Assembly (NCBI GenBank): GCA_043228905.1 | Contig: JBHGNT010000009.1 | Span: 10,354,001-10,418,000, forward strand | Origin: Azolla caroliniana | Lineage: Eukaryota; Plantae; Polypodiophyta | DNA: 64,000 bases | Direction: 5' to 3' | In this document: piece by piece, positions 13,945-25,812 of the stretch | Layout of the letters: each line of letters begins with the position of its first letter | Position numbering within the stretch: the stretch's first letter is position 1 | Made by a program: the position numbers and the translations under genes | Notes under the pieces: generated by a model | The model's database searches: none | What the model saw: the letters and a program-made list of their open reading frames with translations, nothing else | What the model was told of the DNA's origin: nothing

Positions 13945-16294
13945 TCAGACATTTGCACTTCCAGATGTTTGCTCAACATCATCTTTATGTTGGACCATTC
14001 CAGTATCTACCAAGTGTGGAACTTCAGCAGCTAGCCAAGGCCCCAGTCCTAGGCATAAGGCATGTGCAATCCCAAACCTAGGGCTGTCCAAAGGCACACA
14101 TGCACACCATTAATGTCTTCCATCACATAGTTGTAGAAAAGAAATGAGAACTATACTGTCAAAGCATCTTTTTTTTATCAGTGGAAAAGTGACAGGATAA
14201 GATCACAAATAAAAGTCACGCTAAGTCTTTGCCCACACAGTCCTGAAATATATCATCAAGCATAATCTTTTTCAACACATAATAGGGCTATTTTATCACA
14301 TGTATCGTAAGTGGCTTAAAAAATGTATTTCTCTTTTTCAGTATATAGTAGAACAAAGCCAAATGAAATCACAAGCAGCCAAATAATTTCTTTGCCCAAA
14401 CTGGCTTGAGAGTACTGTCTAGCATAACATTTTTCACCACGTTTAGCTGACTGAATCAACCCAATTCTTTGCCCATAATGGCTTGAAGGCACATCTTTTA
14501 CGACATGGTAGTAAAGAACTAAATAAAATCAGAATTGAGACACCAATTCAGTGCGCACAACGGGTTAAAGAAGCCAATCTTTTTTATCGCTTAATAGTAA
14601 AAAAGAACTGAATGCAATCTTACGAGTCATACCAATTCTTAGCCCATAAAGGCTTGAAATGTATTGTTAAGCATATCTTTCCACCCCGATACATCTGCAA
14701 AAATCGTGCGAATAGTATTATTAAAGCACGTTAAGAAAGGAAAAAGGGAGAGGGTAAAATACAACATTAGTGTTGAGTGGACAAACCTTTGCAGTCTTTC
14801 CATCTAATTCCGGAAGCTCGAGTTCAGGTGCCGTTGCTGGGTAGGTCACAGGGATATCAAACTGCAGATCAAATTCATATTTCAAGAGATTGTGAATATA
14901 CCAGCACTTTCCTTTCCATTGTGTGCCATCTGCATTCGCTGATATTCTGAACCAGTCATTGTCATTGGCTTTGTTCATCTCCATGTACTTAATTAAGGCC
15001 TGTTGCAGCAGGACACAAAACAAAAATGGTATGAATTTTGTTTTCCTACTTCCATTCAGAAACTTTAGAATCTAACGGTAAGACTTTCTTAATCACTAAC
15101 CTGGATTTTACACATTCCAATTTGGGGAAATTAAAAGTTTCACTTTCTGCATTTCATTTTTCAGAAATTAAGAATCAACCTAACGTTTTGATGATGTATA
15201 GCTCAGCTCACAGGTACAAAACAGCCTCTTTTACAAGCAATGAATAAGATTGCCAAAGTTTCTAGGACTCACAAAAGAACCCAGGAAGAAGTTTCAGGAG
15301 TCTCATTTTTATGTCATTTCCAATGATTCTGTTTGTAGGGTTATTTCAGCGTCTTGGAACACCACAGTGCCCTGGCATAATCAAGTTCAGGACAGAAAAA
15401 GGGGATGCCATCCTTGGACTGTTCCACATTGATATGCCTAACTCAAAGAGATGGCACATGAATCATGAACTTTTGGAAAGAGGTGTTTGTCAGTATCAGT
15501 GCACATTGGAGATAACTTCATCATGATCAAGGATGCTTTGGAGTTAATGAGTGATAGACAATTCCATTGAAAAGGCAGAGCTCACTTATGGTTAGTTCTT
15601 TGAATTTTCAGATATTTGGCATGACGCTTTTACATGGCCTCCAGCTTCGTTATGGTACTCCTATTCCTGCTGAATTGGTGGGTTGGCGCAAGTAACCTAT
15701 TACAGATAGACCACTTTTATGCCTAGAAATGGGTCAGGGAGCTCAGAGACTCTATTTTGATATCATCAGGTACCACACTTTCTGACCATTCAGCAATGAC
15801 CTTGGCCATGGAGGGGCACCCACCCAGGGCACGCGCTGGACAATCTCTCGTAGAGAAACCAAGGATGTCAAGAGCAGCGATTTGGGTGCTTTGGATCTCA
15901 TTGAAGTGAGGATTCTAGCCGCAGCCCATGGGCCATTCATAAGAGGAACCATACAGAGGTTGCATTTAGAAGCAGCCTGACCTATCTTTGGCACCTTTGG
16001 GAGGCCTCCCTGAACCATACCAATATTAAGGCATTCATTTGTGCTGACTTGTTCCCTCCTACATGGAGGAAGAGGTCCAAATATTTATTTGGGTCTATGC
16101 TTTGTTTACCCACATTATATGTGGATGTGTATGTTGTAATGGGTCTAAATTATGTTTTTTTTTTAGAAAGGCCCAAACAAAGTCTCCACTTATTGGCCTT
16201 ATTAGGGGTGATAAGGGGTTTTAAAGATAATAATAATAATAATACTAATAACCCTTATTTTCTGCTTTGGGGCATGCTGAAGAAGTGTCTTCAC

Positions 16295-16332
<38 letters not shown>

Positions 16333-19300
16333 AGCAGCAGCCAGCTACTTTTCCAGCCCTGATCAACAACTAAACGGCCCTGTCCCAACTATTGTTCCAC
16401 CATATTTAGTATGTTGTTACTATTGAGCGAGCAAGCTCAACGTGGGCTGGATCAGTGAGCAGATCCGTGCGGAGCCAGTAGGCCTCGTTGAGAGCAAAAA
16501 TGGTAGAAAGCTTGGGAGATAAACTCTCCACCATTGTTGGACCTGATCTTTCGAACTTTCTTTGATGTCTCGTTCTCAACAAAAGCTACCCATTCTTGAA
16601 ATTTGGTGAAGGCTTGAGATTTCTCTACAAGAAAATAAACCCAAACCTTGCAGGAGAAATCATCAATTATAAGCATGAAGTAGCGTGCACTACCAAGAGT
16701 AGTGGTTTTCATGGGACCACAAAGATCCATGTGCACTAACTCGAAAATAGATGTTGCGCGGTGAGTGGCTTCATGAGAGAAAGGCTCTCGATGTTGCTTG
16801 CCATGAAGACAAGCAACACATGGGGTATTGGGAGTTTTGAAAATAGGCCAACCCTCAGCTAGTTGTGAAGAGGAGAGCTTTGTAGAGAATCGTAGTTGAG
16901 GTGACTGAACCTAGCATGCCACAACGTGGGATCTTCTTGTGCCACCAAGCATGAAAGCCTTGAAGAAGATGAGATTTGGATTTTTCTAAGGGGCTATGGG
17001 AACTTTTCAGGCGATATAAACCCCCTTCTTGTGTGCCACTAGCTACAATTTGTAGGCTATTGGTGTCAATGACTTCCAGAACTGAGTTATCAAAGTAGAC
17101 TCCATAACCTTGCTTAGTGATTTGGTAGACCGAAAGTAGTTTGGCACGAGATGTGAGGCACATGTAGCACATCTTGAAGAACGGCAAGTTTGTCATTTGA
17201 AGAAGTGTTAAGAAACAAATTACCCACACAAGAATGTTGGAGGGTGGCAACTCCAGACCTGCACTCTCTTTCCTCTTTATTATCTCTGTTCTACATTCTC
17301 TCTTCCTAGATTCTTCTCTCTCTACAATCTGCAACGCTTTAAATGCTTTTTTTCTCTTCCACTTTTTCCAAGATATTCCCTCTTATTCCTAGTTTATTGT
17401 ACCTATTTCAAAGTACAAGACTCACTTAACTACCAAACAACCATTTCATTGCTGCAAATTGTCCAGTTGTAGCTCAAGAGGAGGATATCCATGGCCTCAC
17501 ATGCTACCATTGTTTCATCAACCATTCCCCAACTCCCCAAAGAGTCCATCTTGGATGGGAACAATTACTTGGATTGGGAACTGTAAATAAAGACCTTGCT
17601 ACAGTACCATTGTCTATGGAATGTAATCAATGGTAGTGACAAGAAACCACCGGTAATTTCATCCTCTTCAACCAAAATCAGTTGGCTCATCTAACGCTGA
17701 GATTGAAGCTTGGCTAGATAAGGATTCTCGTGCTCATGCTTTCCTCATGTTTAATATTAAACCGAGCATTGCTCGTCAATTTCAAGATACAAATGAAGAG
17801 ACCGCCAATGAACTATGGGCAGCCATCAAAAAGAGGTATCATCGAGCTAATCATGCTCAAATGATAGCTATTGAGAGCCAACTAACAAATCTCAAGATTC
17901 ATGACACTCCCAACATCATGGATCAAATAACGCAATTTGTTACTCTCCAAAAGGAACTAGTTTCTTTGGGAAGCAAGTCAACTGAAGTTGAGTTTGTGCA
18001 TCGTAATGATAAAGTTGCCTGAGTCATTCTCAGCCTTTTGTGACACAATTTCTCTTCTTCCCAACACACCTGATATGAATACATCTCTTGGCATGCTACA
18101 AGACAGGGCAACAAGGAAGAAAAGTGCTCAAACTTCCAATGAGTCACTTCAACATGCGCAAAATAAAGGCAAGTGGAAGCAAAATGGCAATTCCTACAAC
18201 AAACCCAATCCAAGACCACCAAACAACCCAGCCTACAAGGAGCTCAACTGTCATTATTGTGGCTACAAAGGTCACATTCACCCCGACTGTCGGAAAAAGA
18301 AAAGGGACAATACCAAGAATCTTCTTCTACCAAAAGTCAACCTACACCAAAATCAAAGTCAATCCACTCAGCCAAAGAAACGGTTTTCCTTGGCATTGAG
18401 GAACATTCTTCACATTTCGCTAGAACTACCTCAACCATTGATGAGTGGTTAGTAGACAGTGGTGCCACTACACACATGACTTATGGCAAATCGATTTTGC
18501 ATGATGTGAAGCCTAGCTCCTCCCAAATCTCCATAGGAGATGCCTCAAGCATTGAGGCTTCGTGTGTGGGTAATGTGTTTCTTAACACTTCTTCAAATGA
18601 CGAACCTGCCGTTCTTCAAGATATGTTACATGTGCCTTGCATCTCTGCCAAACTACTTTTGGTCTACCGAATCACTAAGCAAGGTTATGGAGTCTACTTT
18701 GATAACTCAGTTTTGGAAGTCATTGACGCCAACAGCCTACAAATTGTAGCTAGTGGCACACAAGAAGGGGATTTATATCACCTGAAAAGTTCCCATAGCC
18801 CCTTGGAAAATTCCAAATCTCATCTTCTTCAAGGCTCTCATGCCTTGGTGGCACAAGAAGAACCCACGTTGTGGCATGCTAGGTTCGGTCACCTCAACTA
18901 CGATTATCTACAAAAGCTCTCCTATTCACAGCTAGTTGAGGGTCTACCTAATTTCAAAACTCCCAATACCCAATTGTGTTGCTTGCCTTCATGGCACATC
19001 GAGAGCCTTTCCCTGTTCTACATTCTCTGTCTTCCTAGATTCTTCTCTCTCTAGAATCTGCAACGCTTTAAATGCTTTTTTCTCTCTTCCACTTTTTCCA
19101 AGATATTCCCTCTTATTCCTAGTTTATTGTACCGATTTCGTAGTACAAGACTCGCTTAACTACCAAACAACCATTTCACCCACTTTCCCCAATTTTGTAT
19201 AAATAGGCTATACCAGCCTCTTTTGTAAAGACTTTTACTTTTGTTGCTACTTAAAAACAAGCTCTACTCTTTGGCTGTGTCTCTACTCTTTGTAACCATT

Positions 19301-22300
19301 TTTTCTATTGTTGTCTAACAGCCTTCTCACAGCTTGGTTGTGTCTATTTTGTTCTAACAACTGTTCCGTTACTGCTATTAACAGCTTTTCTCACAACAAA
19401 GCCTAAAAGCTTGAGGCATCTCCTATGGAGATTTGGGAGGAGTAACGCTTCACCTCATGCAAAATGGATTTGTCATAAGTCATGTTCAGTGGCACCACTG
19501 TCTACTCACCACTCATCAATGGTTGAGGTAGTTGTTCTAGCCAAATGTGTAGAATGTTCCTCAATGCCAAGGAAAACTGTTTCTTTGGCTGAGTGGACCA
19601 AGTTTGATTTTGGTGAAGGTTGACTTGTGGTACAAGAAGATTTGAGGGCTGAAAGCTGCATAAGGAGGGTTAAAAACGAGCACATGAAAGTGAAAGACTT
19701 GAGGGCTGAAAGCTGGATGAAAACATGAGAAGAAAAGGAAACTCACATGACAACTTAAAAGTAGTTGGCAGGCAGCAAGCCTCCAAAATGGCCATAATTA
19801 GTTAGCTGTAGACTCTCGAATCACAGCTATTGGATTTTCGGGTCCTACATAACTCCATCACCAGCTGAGTGTCTAGCAACTAACATGGACTGCAAATGTC
19901 CTTAATAAGCGTTGGGAAAACAGGTCCTACTGGATGGGAAGAAGAGAACGAACCGAATCGAAGGCACATGGGTAATCAATTTAATAGCCGATTCGGAGGC
20001 TACATTTGTAAATAGCCATAAATGTTGTATGGGTATGTGTGTGTGTGTGTGTATATATATATATACACACATATATATACTTAGGGCAAGTTGTTTGATA
20101 GTTAGAAGGAGTTGAATCATTGTTGTATAGTGACACAGAAGGTAGTTGCCTCTGTAACTGTGAGTGAGAGAGTGAGTGAGTAATAATTTTGCCGCCGTCT
20201 GCTAGATGACGATGAGCTCGAGGTTGTTGCCTCCGAGTCTCCTTGTATTCCTCTCTCGATTATAGTGATTCTGTTTCTCGGGGTTTGTGGACCCCCTTGG
20301 TTTTTTCCCTTTCGGGTTTTCCACATTAAACATCTTGTGTCTCGTTTCTGAGTTTCTCATTTTCTGTTTTTGTCTGTGTCATTGTCAATTCTTTGCACCC
20401 AAATATTCGAGAGTGAAACCAGTTGTGGCCAGTCTCAATCCTAACAAGTGGTATTAGAGCTATGGAAGACTCATTCAGCGGGTGTGGAAGTCGAAGATGC
20501 AGGACATGTTCGTGTGCAAAGACCTCTGGCTGCCGGTGCAGTTCGGAGATATACAGCCCAACAAGATCAATGCAGCGACTTGGGAAGTGTTGCATCTGAA
20601 GGTAGCCGCATATATAAGGTGTTTTATAGACATGAGTCTGTACAACTTCGGTGAAGAAACAGAAGCGGATGTCCTGTGGAAGAAGATCGGCATCATGTTC
20701 GAAAACAAAAACGCAATTAACAAAGTATCAATCTTCCGGAAGATCGTGAGACTGACGTATTAGGATGGCTCCAGTATGGCGGAGCACATTAATGCCTTCC
20801 AAGGATTGATGAACCAAACCACCTCACTAGAAGTACCTCTTGCCGATGAGGTATTAGCACTATTGTTGCTAGGATCCCTTCCGGACAGCTGAGAGACGCT
20901 AGTTGTCACATTGGGCAACGCTGGACCGGAAGGGAAGCATCCGTCCCTAGAGCAGGTGAAGTTGAGCTTATTGAATAAAGAAGCTCACTGGAAGGACCGA
21001 GAGTCCAATACCGACCTGAAGGCCCTTATCACGAAAAGTGACATGAATCGAGGAAGAGGCCGAAATCAAAGTCCCCGGAATCGAGATAAGTCAGGGACAA
21101 GGTCGAAATTGAGAGGGAGGCCCACGTGCTTCAATTGTGGGAAGCCGGGGCACTTCCAAAAGAATTGCCAACATTTTCGAAAGGAGAAAGGGGGAGTTGA
21201 TGGTGTAGAGCCGAAGAAAATCCCGGACAAAAAGAACACCTCAGCAATCGCCGTGAGTGAAGAGGAGTTGTTCATTAGTGAACAAAATGAGGTCAATCTC
21301 GCCGGCGATGAATCAACATGGATGGTCGATTCGGGTGCGTCATTTCACCTAACCCCCGACCGAAAGTGTTTCTCATCATACAAGGCCGGAGACCACGATC
21401 TTGGAAAAATGGGAAATGAAGGAGCATGCCGAATCGTCAGCATTGGAGATGTATGTCTAATGACATCGACCGGGTGCAAACTAGTGCTGAGAGATGTTCG
21501 ACACGTTCCAGAAGTCAAATTAAATCTGATATCAGCCAGTCGACTGGATGATGAAGGCTAGACGGGTAGCATCCAGAACGGCATCATGAAGTTCTGCAAG
21601 GGGAGCCTGATCATCGCTCGAGCCCGGACAACCAGCACGATGTATATAATGAATGCTTGATTATGCCGAAACGAGATAAACGTGGCAATCGAGACAACCG
21701 GGGAGCTGTGGCATAAGAGGTTGTGCCACATGAGCCAAAAGGGAATGCAAATGCTACCTGAGAAAGACCTCCTGCCGGATATGAAGAAAGTGCATCTTGA
21801 CAAATGTGCCGATTGCCTGGTTGGCAAACAGAACAGATCCGTGTTCCGACTGAGGCCTCCGATTCGGAGGAAAACCGCCTTGGAACTCATACACACCGAT
21901 TTATGCTATGTAGACGCGAAGTCTCATTCCGGTGGACAGTACTTTGTTACCATCATTGATGATTACAGTCGTAAGTTGTGGGCTTACGTGCTAAAGACGA
22001 AGGATCAACTACTAGGTATTTTCAAGGAGTTCCAGGCGAGAGCCAAGAGAGAAACCGGCCGGAAATTGAAGACAGTCCGGTCGGACAATGGTAGAGAGTA
22101 CCGAGTGCAGTTCGAGGAATACTATCAAGCGCTGGCAATCTGGCTCGAGTATACCGTGCCAAAGACGCCAAAGCTTAACGGGTTGGCCGAGAGAATGAAC
22201 CGGACCGTAATGGAGAGGGTCTGAAGTATGCTTGCACATGCAAAGTTACCGAAGACGTTCTAGGCTGAGGCGTTGATGACGACAACGTATGTGATAAACC

Positions 22301-25300
22301 GATCACCCTCAGTACCCTTGGATGGTGATATTCCACAAAGGGTGTGGAGCGGCAAAGACGTCTCGTACCTACATCTAAGGGTGTTCGGTTGTCTTGCCTA
22401 TGTGCATGTAGCTAAAGATCAAAGGGGAAATTTGGTCCCGAAATCTCGGTCATGTATATTTCTCGCTACGGCGACAACAAATTCGGCTATCGGCTATGGG
22501 ACTTAGCCGAGAAGAAGGTGATTAGGAGCTGAGACATCGTCTTCATGGAAGAGAAGACAATTGTCGATTGGGAGATTGAGAATAAGTCTCCAACTACCGA
22601 ATCAAGCCGAGTTGATGCTCAGTCAAATCGAGTAGAAGACGATGCCGAATGGAGGCAAAAGATATCCCCTAAGAGAAAGAAGGGCCCCCCGAAGATTTCC
22701 AAATGAAGAGTGTGTACTGCTAACAGATAAGGGGGAGCCGGAAAGCTTTGAAGAGGCTAAGAAAGATACCCACAGCCAAAAGTGGTTAAGTGCCATGCAA
22801 AAGGAGATGGATTCTTTGCATGAGAACCACACATATGAATTGACCGAGTTGCCGAAAGGGAAGAAGGCACTACGGAATAAGTGGGTATACAAATTGAAGC
22901 CGAGAGATGGCGGAAATCCACCCAAATACAAGGCACGAATTGTCGTGAATGGTTTTCCGTAGAAGAAGGATGTCAATTTCGGCAAAATGTTTGCCCCGGT
23001 CGTGAAGATGACATCAATCAGAACAGTGTTGTGCATCGCGACCGGCATGGATCTCAAAGTCGAGCAACTAGACATCAAGACTGCCTTCCTTCATGGAGAT
23101 TTGGAGGAAGAGATATACATGCACCAGTCGGGAGGATTCGAAGAAAAAGGTAAAGAAAACTTGGTATGCTGATTGAGAAAGAGCCTATATGGGCTGAAGC
23201 AGGCACCTCGGCAATGGTACCGAAAGTTTGAATCTTTCATGGTGGATCACGGCTTCAACAAGACACAGGCTGATCATTGCATCTTTTTCAAGAAGTATGA
23301 TGGAGGAGCCTCGAGGACCATACATATCCAAAGAAGATACCATTGGCTCCGAGAGTGAGTAGAAGAGAAGGAGTTTGCTCTTGTGAAGTTGTATACAACC
23401 AAGAACAAGTCGGACATGCTAACGAAGGTGTTGTCGACCGAAAAGTTGAAAGAGTGCCAACAGAGGGTCGGATTGGTGAAGCATCCCATGCCAGAGTGAG
23501 GGGGGAGTTTGTTGAGAAAACAGGTCCCTCCGGATGGGAAGAAGAGAACAAACCGAATTGAAGGCACGTGGGTAATTTGGCCAAGGCTGAAATCGAAATC
23601 GAGAACCAAAACTGAAAATCGATTTAATAGTCGATTCGGAGGCTACATTTGTAAATAGCCATAAATGTTGTATGGGTATATATATATATATACTTAGGGC
23701 AAGTTGTTTGATAGTTAGAAGGAGTTGAATCATTGTTGTATAGTGACACAGAAGGGAGTTGCCTCTGTAACTGTGAGTGAGTGAGAGAGAGAGAGTGAGT
23801 AGTAACTCTGTCTCCGTCTGCTAGACGAAGACGAGCTTGACGTTGTTGCCTCCGAGTCTCCTTGTATTCCTCTCTTGATTATAGTGATTCTGTTTCTCGG
23901 GATTTGTGGACCCCCGTGGTTTTTTCCCTTTCGGGTTTTCCACGTTAAACATCTTGTGTCTCGTTTCTGAGTATCTCGTTTTCTGTTTTTGTCTATGTCA
24001 TTGTCGATTCTTTGCACCCAAATATTCGAGAGTGAAATCGGTTGTGGCCGGTCTCGATCCTAACAATAAGCTGGTGTTGTAGCAGTCAGCTCCTGGGCTG
24101 TGAGCACACATGACCAGCCAGTGGTTGTAGCAAGTAGATTTTGCACTATAAATGCCCATATTTGGAGAACTTTGTCCTTAATAACCTGGCTGTTGTAGCA
24201 ATCAGATCCTGGTCTGCAAGTGCTCATAATCAGCTGGCGATGGTACCACGTAACTCCTGTGCTATAAATGCTCACATTTGGAGAGCTTGTTGTGGTCTTC
24301 TTATTGATGGCTAATATACACGAGAGGTAGCAATTATCCAAGAAATCTCTGATGTCGACAAATGGGCTGGCATCATTGGGTAACGCAAACACTCAGAAGC
24401 TAGAAACAATCAAAGCCAACTTAAAGTGCTAAATCTGCACAAAGAGACGTGTCCACTCATACAGCCCCAATTTGTACCATTGGGTTGTTTCAATACAATG
24501 CAATTGCAGTTGTATGAGTATTCTTCTTATGGTCATGCATTCAAAGGGTTAAACATTTCATAGGTTACGGAATTCCTATCTTCATGTACAGAAAACGTTA
24601 TATCGTTCATGATTTCAGGAGTTCCCAATGGTCCCATTGTCATGCATAAAAAAACATTCTTTAGTTCTTCGGAGAACATTTATGGTAAGGAATTCCAACA
24701 GTAAGGTTGTTTTCATGCCCCATTCCACTTCTTTGGAGCATTGTTATAGGATCATCAGATCCTAAACGAAAAAAAACTTCCCAAAAGCATTTATGATGAG
24801 AGGGTTTCTGCCCCCCCCCCCATTTCCACTTGTTGGGAGCATTATTTTAGGGATAATCTTAGTCTAAAATCAAATCATTTCCCAGAAGCATTTATGATGA
24901 GCTCTTATAAGACTAGGCCAGCCATCCTAGATGTATCACGAGATCAGATCAATCATTCACAGGTACAGAGTTTACGTGATAAGATCAAGGTGCAGCGAAC
25001 GTTACAGATTACAGATTACAAGGCAAGCAGGCGAAAACAAGAACAAAGAAGATTAATAACGATTCCAACATATCTACAAACATTAAATGAATAATAACAT
25101 TTACGGGCATTTAGAAACGATTGAAGATTAATACAGAAGAAGATTCACAGATATTTGAAACACAGTTACCGACAGAAAATGGATGCAGATGTCTACGAGG
25201 ATGAAGACAGAGAAAAATAAGAAGAATTTCGAATCTTTACCTGGTATTCTTCCTTGAGGCGCTGCGTCCATTGCTGGCCATCTCTAGGTCCGGCACGAGT

Positions 25301-25357
25301 AGAGAGGAGAGGAATCTTCGTCACTGTGGATTTTGTGTTACTGTCCCAACCCTCCAT
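13945..25357 (-). CDS. UFC1: Ubiquitin-fold modifier-conjugating enzyme 1; exons 25357-25241, 14999-14787, 14694-14633, 14083-13945
   Basis: Spliced product [116 protein letters not shown] catalytic-Cys motif present; all junctions GT-AG. Confidence 0.96.
16452..17234 (-). mobile_element. Ty1/copia fragment, outer (host) copy, left part: protease end, GAG-pre-integrase, integrase N-part
   Basis: [44 protein letters not shown]. Reverse complement of 18560-19005. Confidence 0.9.
17235..19398 (+). mobile_element. Ty1/copia element, inner copy, internally deleted (partial 5' LTR, gag with CCHC knuckle, protease, partial 3' LTR)
   Basis: Starts TGTTGG and ends CAACA. ~165 bp direct repeat at 17285-17448 and 19013-19178. 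[14 protein letters not shown] knuckle, [11 protein letters not shown] protease, LWHARFGH. Confidence 0.8.
19399..19642 (-). mobile_element. Ty1/copia fragment, outer (host) copy, right part (gag end/protease start)
   Basis: Reverse complement of 18318-18560; resumes where the left part stops. Confidence 0.85.
19910..20446 (+). repeat. 5' LTR (TG mutated to CG ... CA)
   Basis: Aligns with 23510-24065; has a ~40 bp deletion and a (GT)n/(AT)n expansion relative to the 3' LTR. Confidence 0.92.
23510..24065 (+). repeat. 3' LTR (TG...CA)
   Basis: Follows the polypurine tract; tgttgagaaaacagg ... atcctaaca. Confidence 0.92.
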
Positions 25358-25381
25358 TGCCGCTGGCTCTTGCAGCTACTG

Positions 25382-25485
25382 CTTCTTCTTCTTCTTCTTC
25401 TTCTTCTTCTTCTTCTTCAACAGCTGCTCCTGCGTCGATCTTCCGCGATCAGAATGTATGTATGTACATATGACTGTCACATACA

Positions 25486-25523
<38 letters not shown>

Positions 25524-25543
25524 ATACATACATACATACATAC
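25382..25543. repeat. (CTT)n and (TACA)n microsatellites upstream of the UFC1 ATG
   Basis: Seen directly at ~25382-25418 and ~25480-25543. Confidence 0.9.
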
Positions 25544-25812
25544 TGTGAAATGCACATAAATGGAATCCAAACCAGCTTGCTTATCTTCTTACTTCCTATT
25601 CAATTTATAGCCGTACAAAGGTACCCATTTGGGTTGGCTTTACTTAGCTACATGCCTCCTAACAAGGGTATGCTAAAAGGGTGGCTCAATGGAACACATG
25701 TACACCATAGCATGAAGGCATGCATGCTAAACACGGGTATGCTAAAAGGGGCACAAAGGAACACATGCACACACAACATGAAGGCATGCACTTGCATCCA
25801 AGGGACACCACA
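25544..25812 (-). repeat. 3' LTR of gypsy element (269 bp, internal ~69 bp duplication, TATAAA)
   Basis: Begins TG right after the PPT and ends CA next to (TACA)n. gtatgctaaaaggg..catgaaggcatgca is duplicated. Confidence 0.75.

Larger units (their letters stand above)
19910..24065 (+). mobile_element. Tnt1/Tork-like Ty1/copia LTR retrotransposon, both LTRs, TSD ATAAG, defective
   Basis: LTRs 19910-20446 and 23510-24065. ATAAG at 19905-19909 and 24066-24070. PBS tggtattagagc (tRNA-iMet type); PPT gagtgagggggag. gag [24 protein letters not shown], integrase, RT start. Stops, frameshifts and loss of the YVDD-RNase H core at ~23309. Confidence 0.95.

Noticed and set aside
15250-16100. Possible L1 ORF2 remnant in UFC1 intron 1
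   Set aside because: Only vague motif resemblance.
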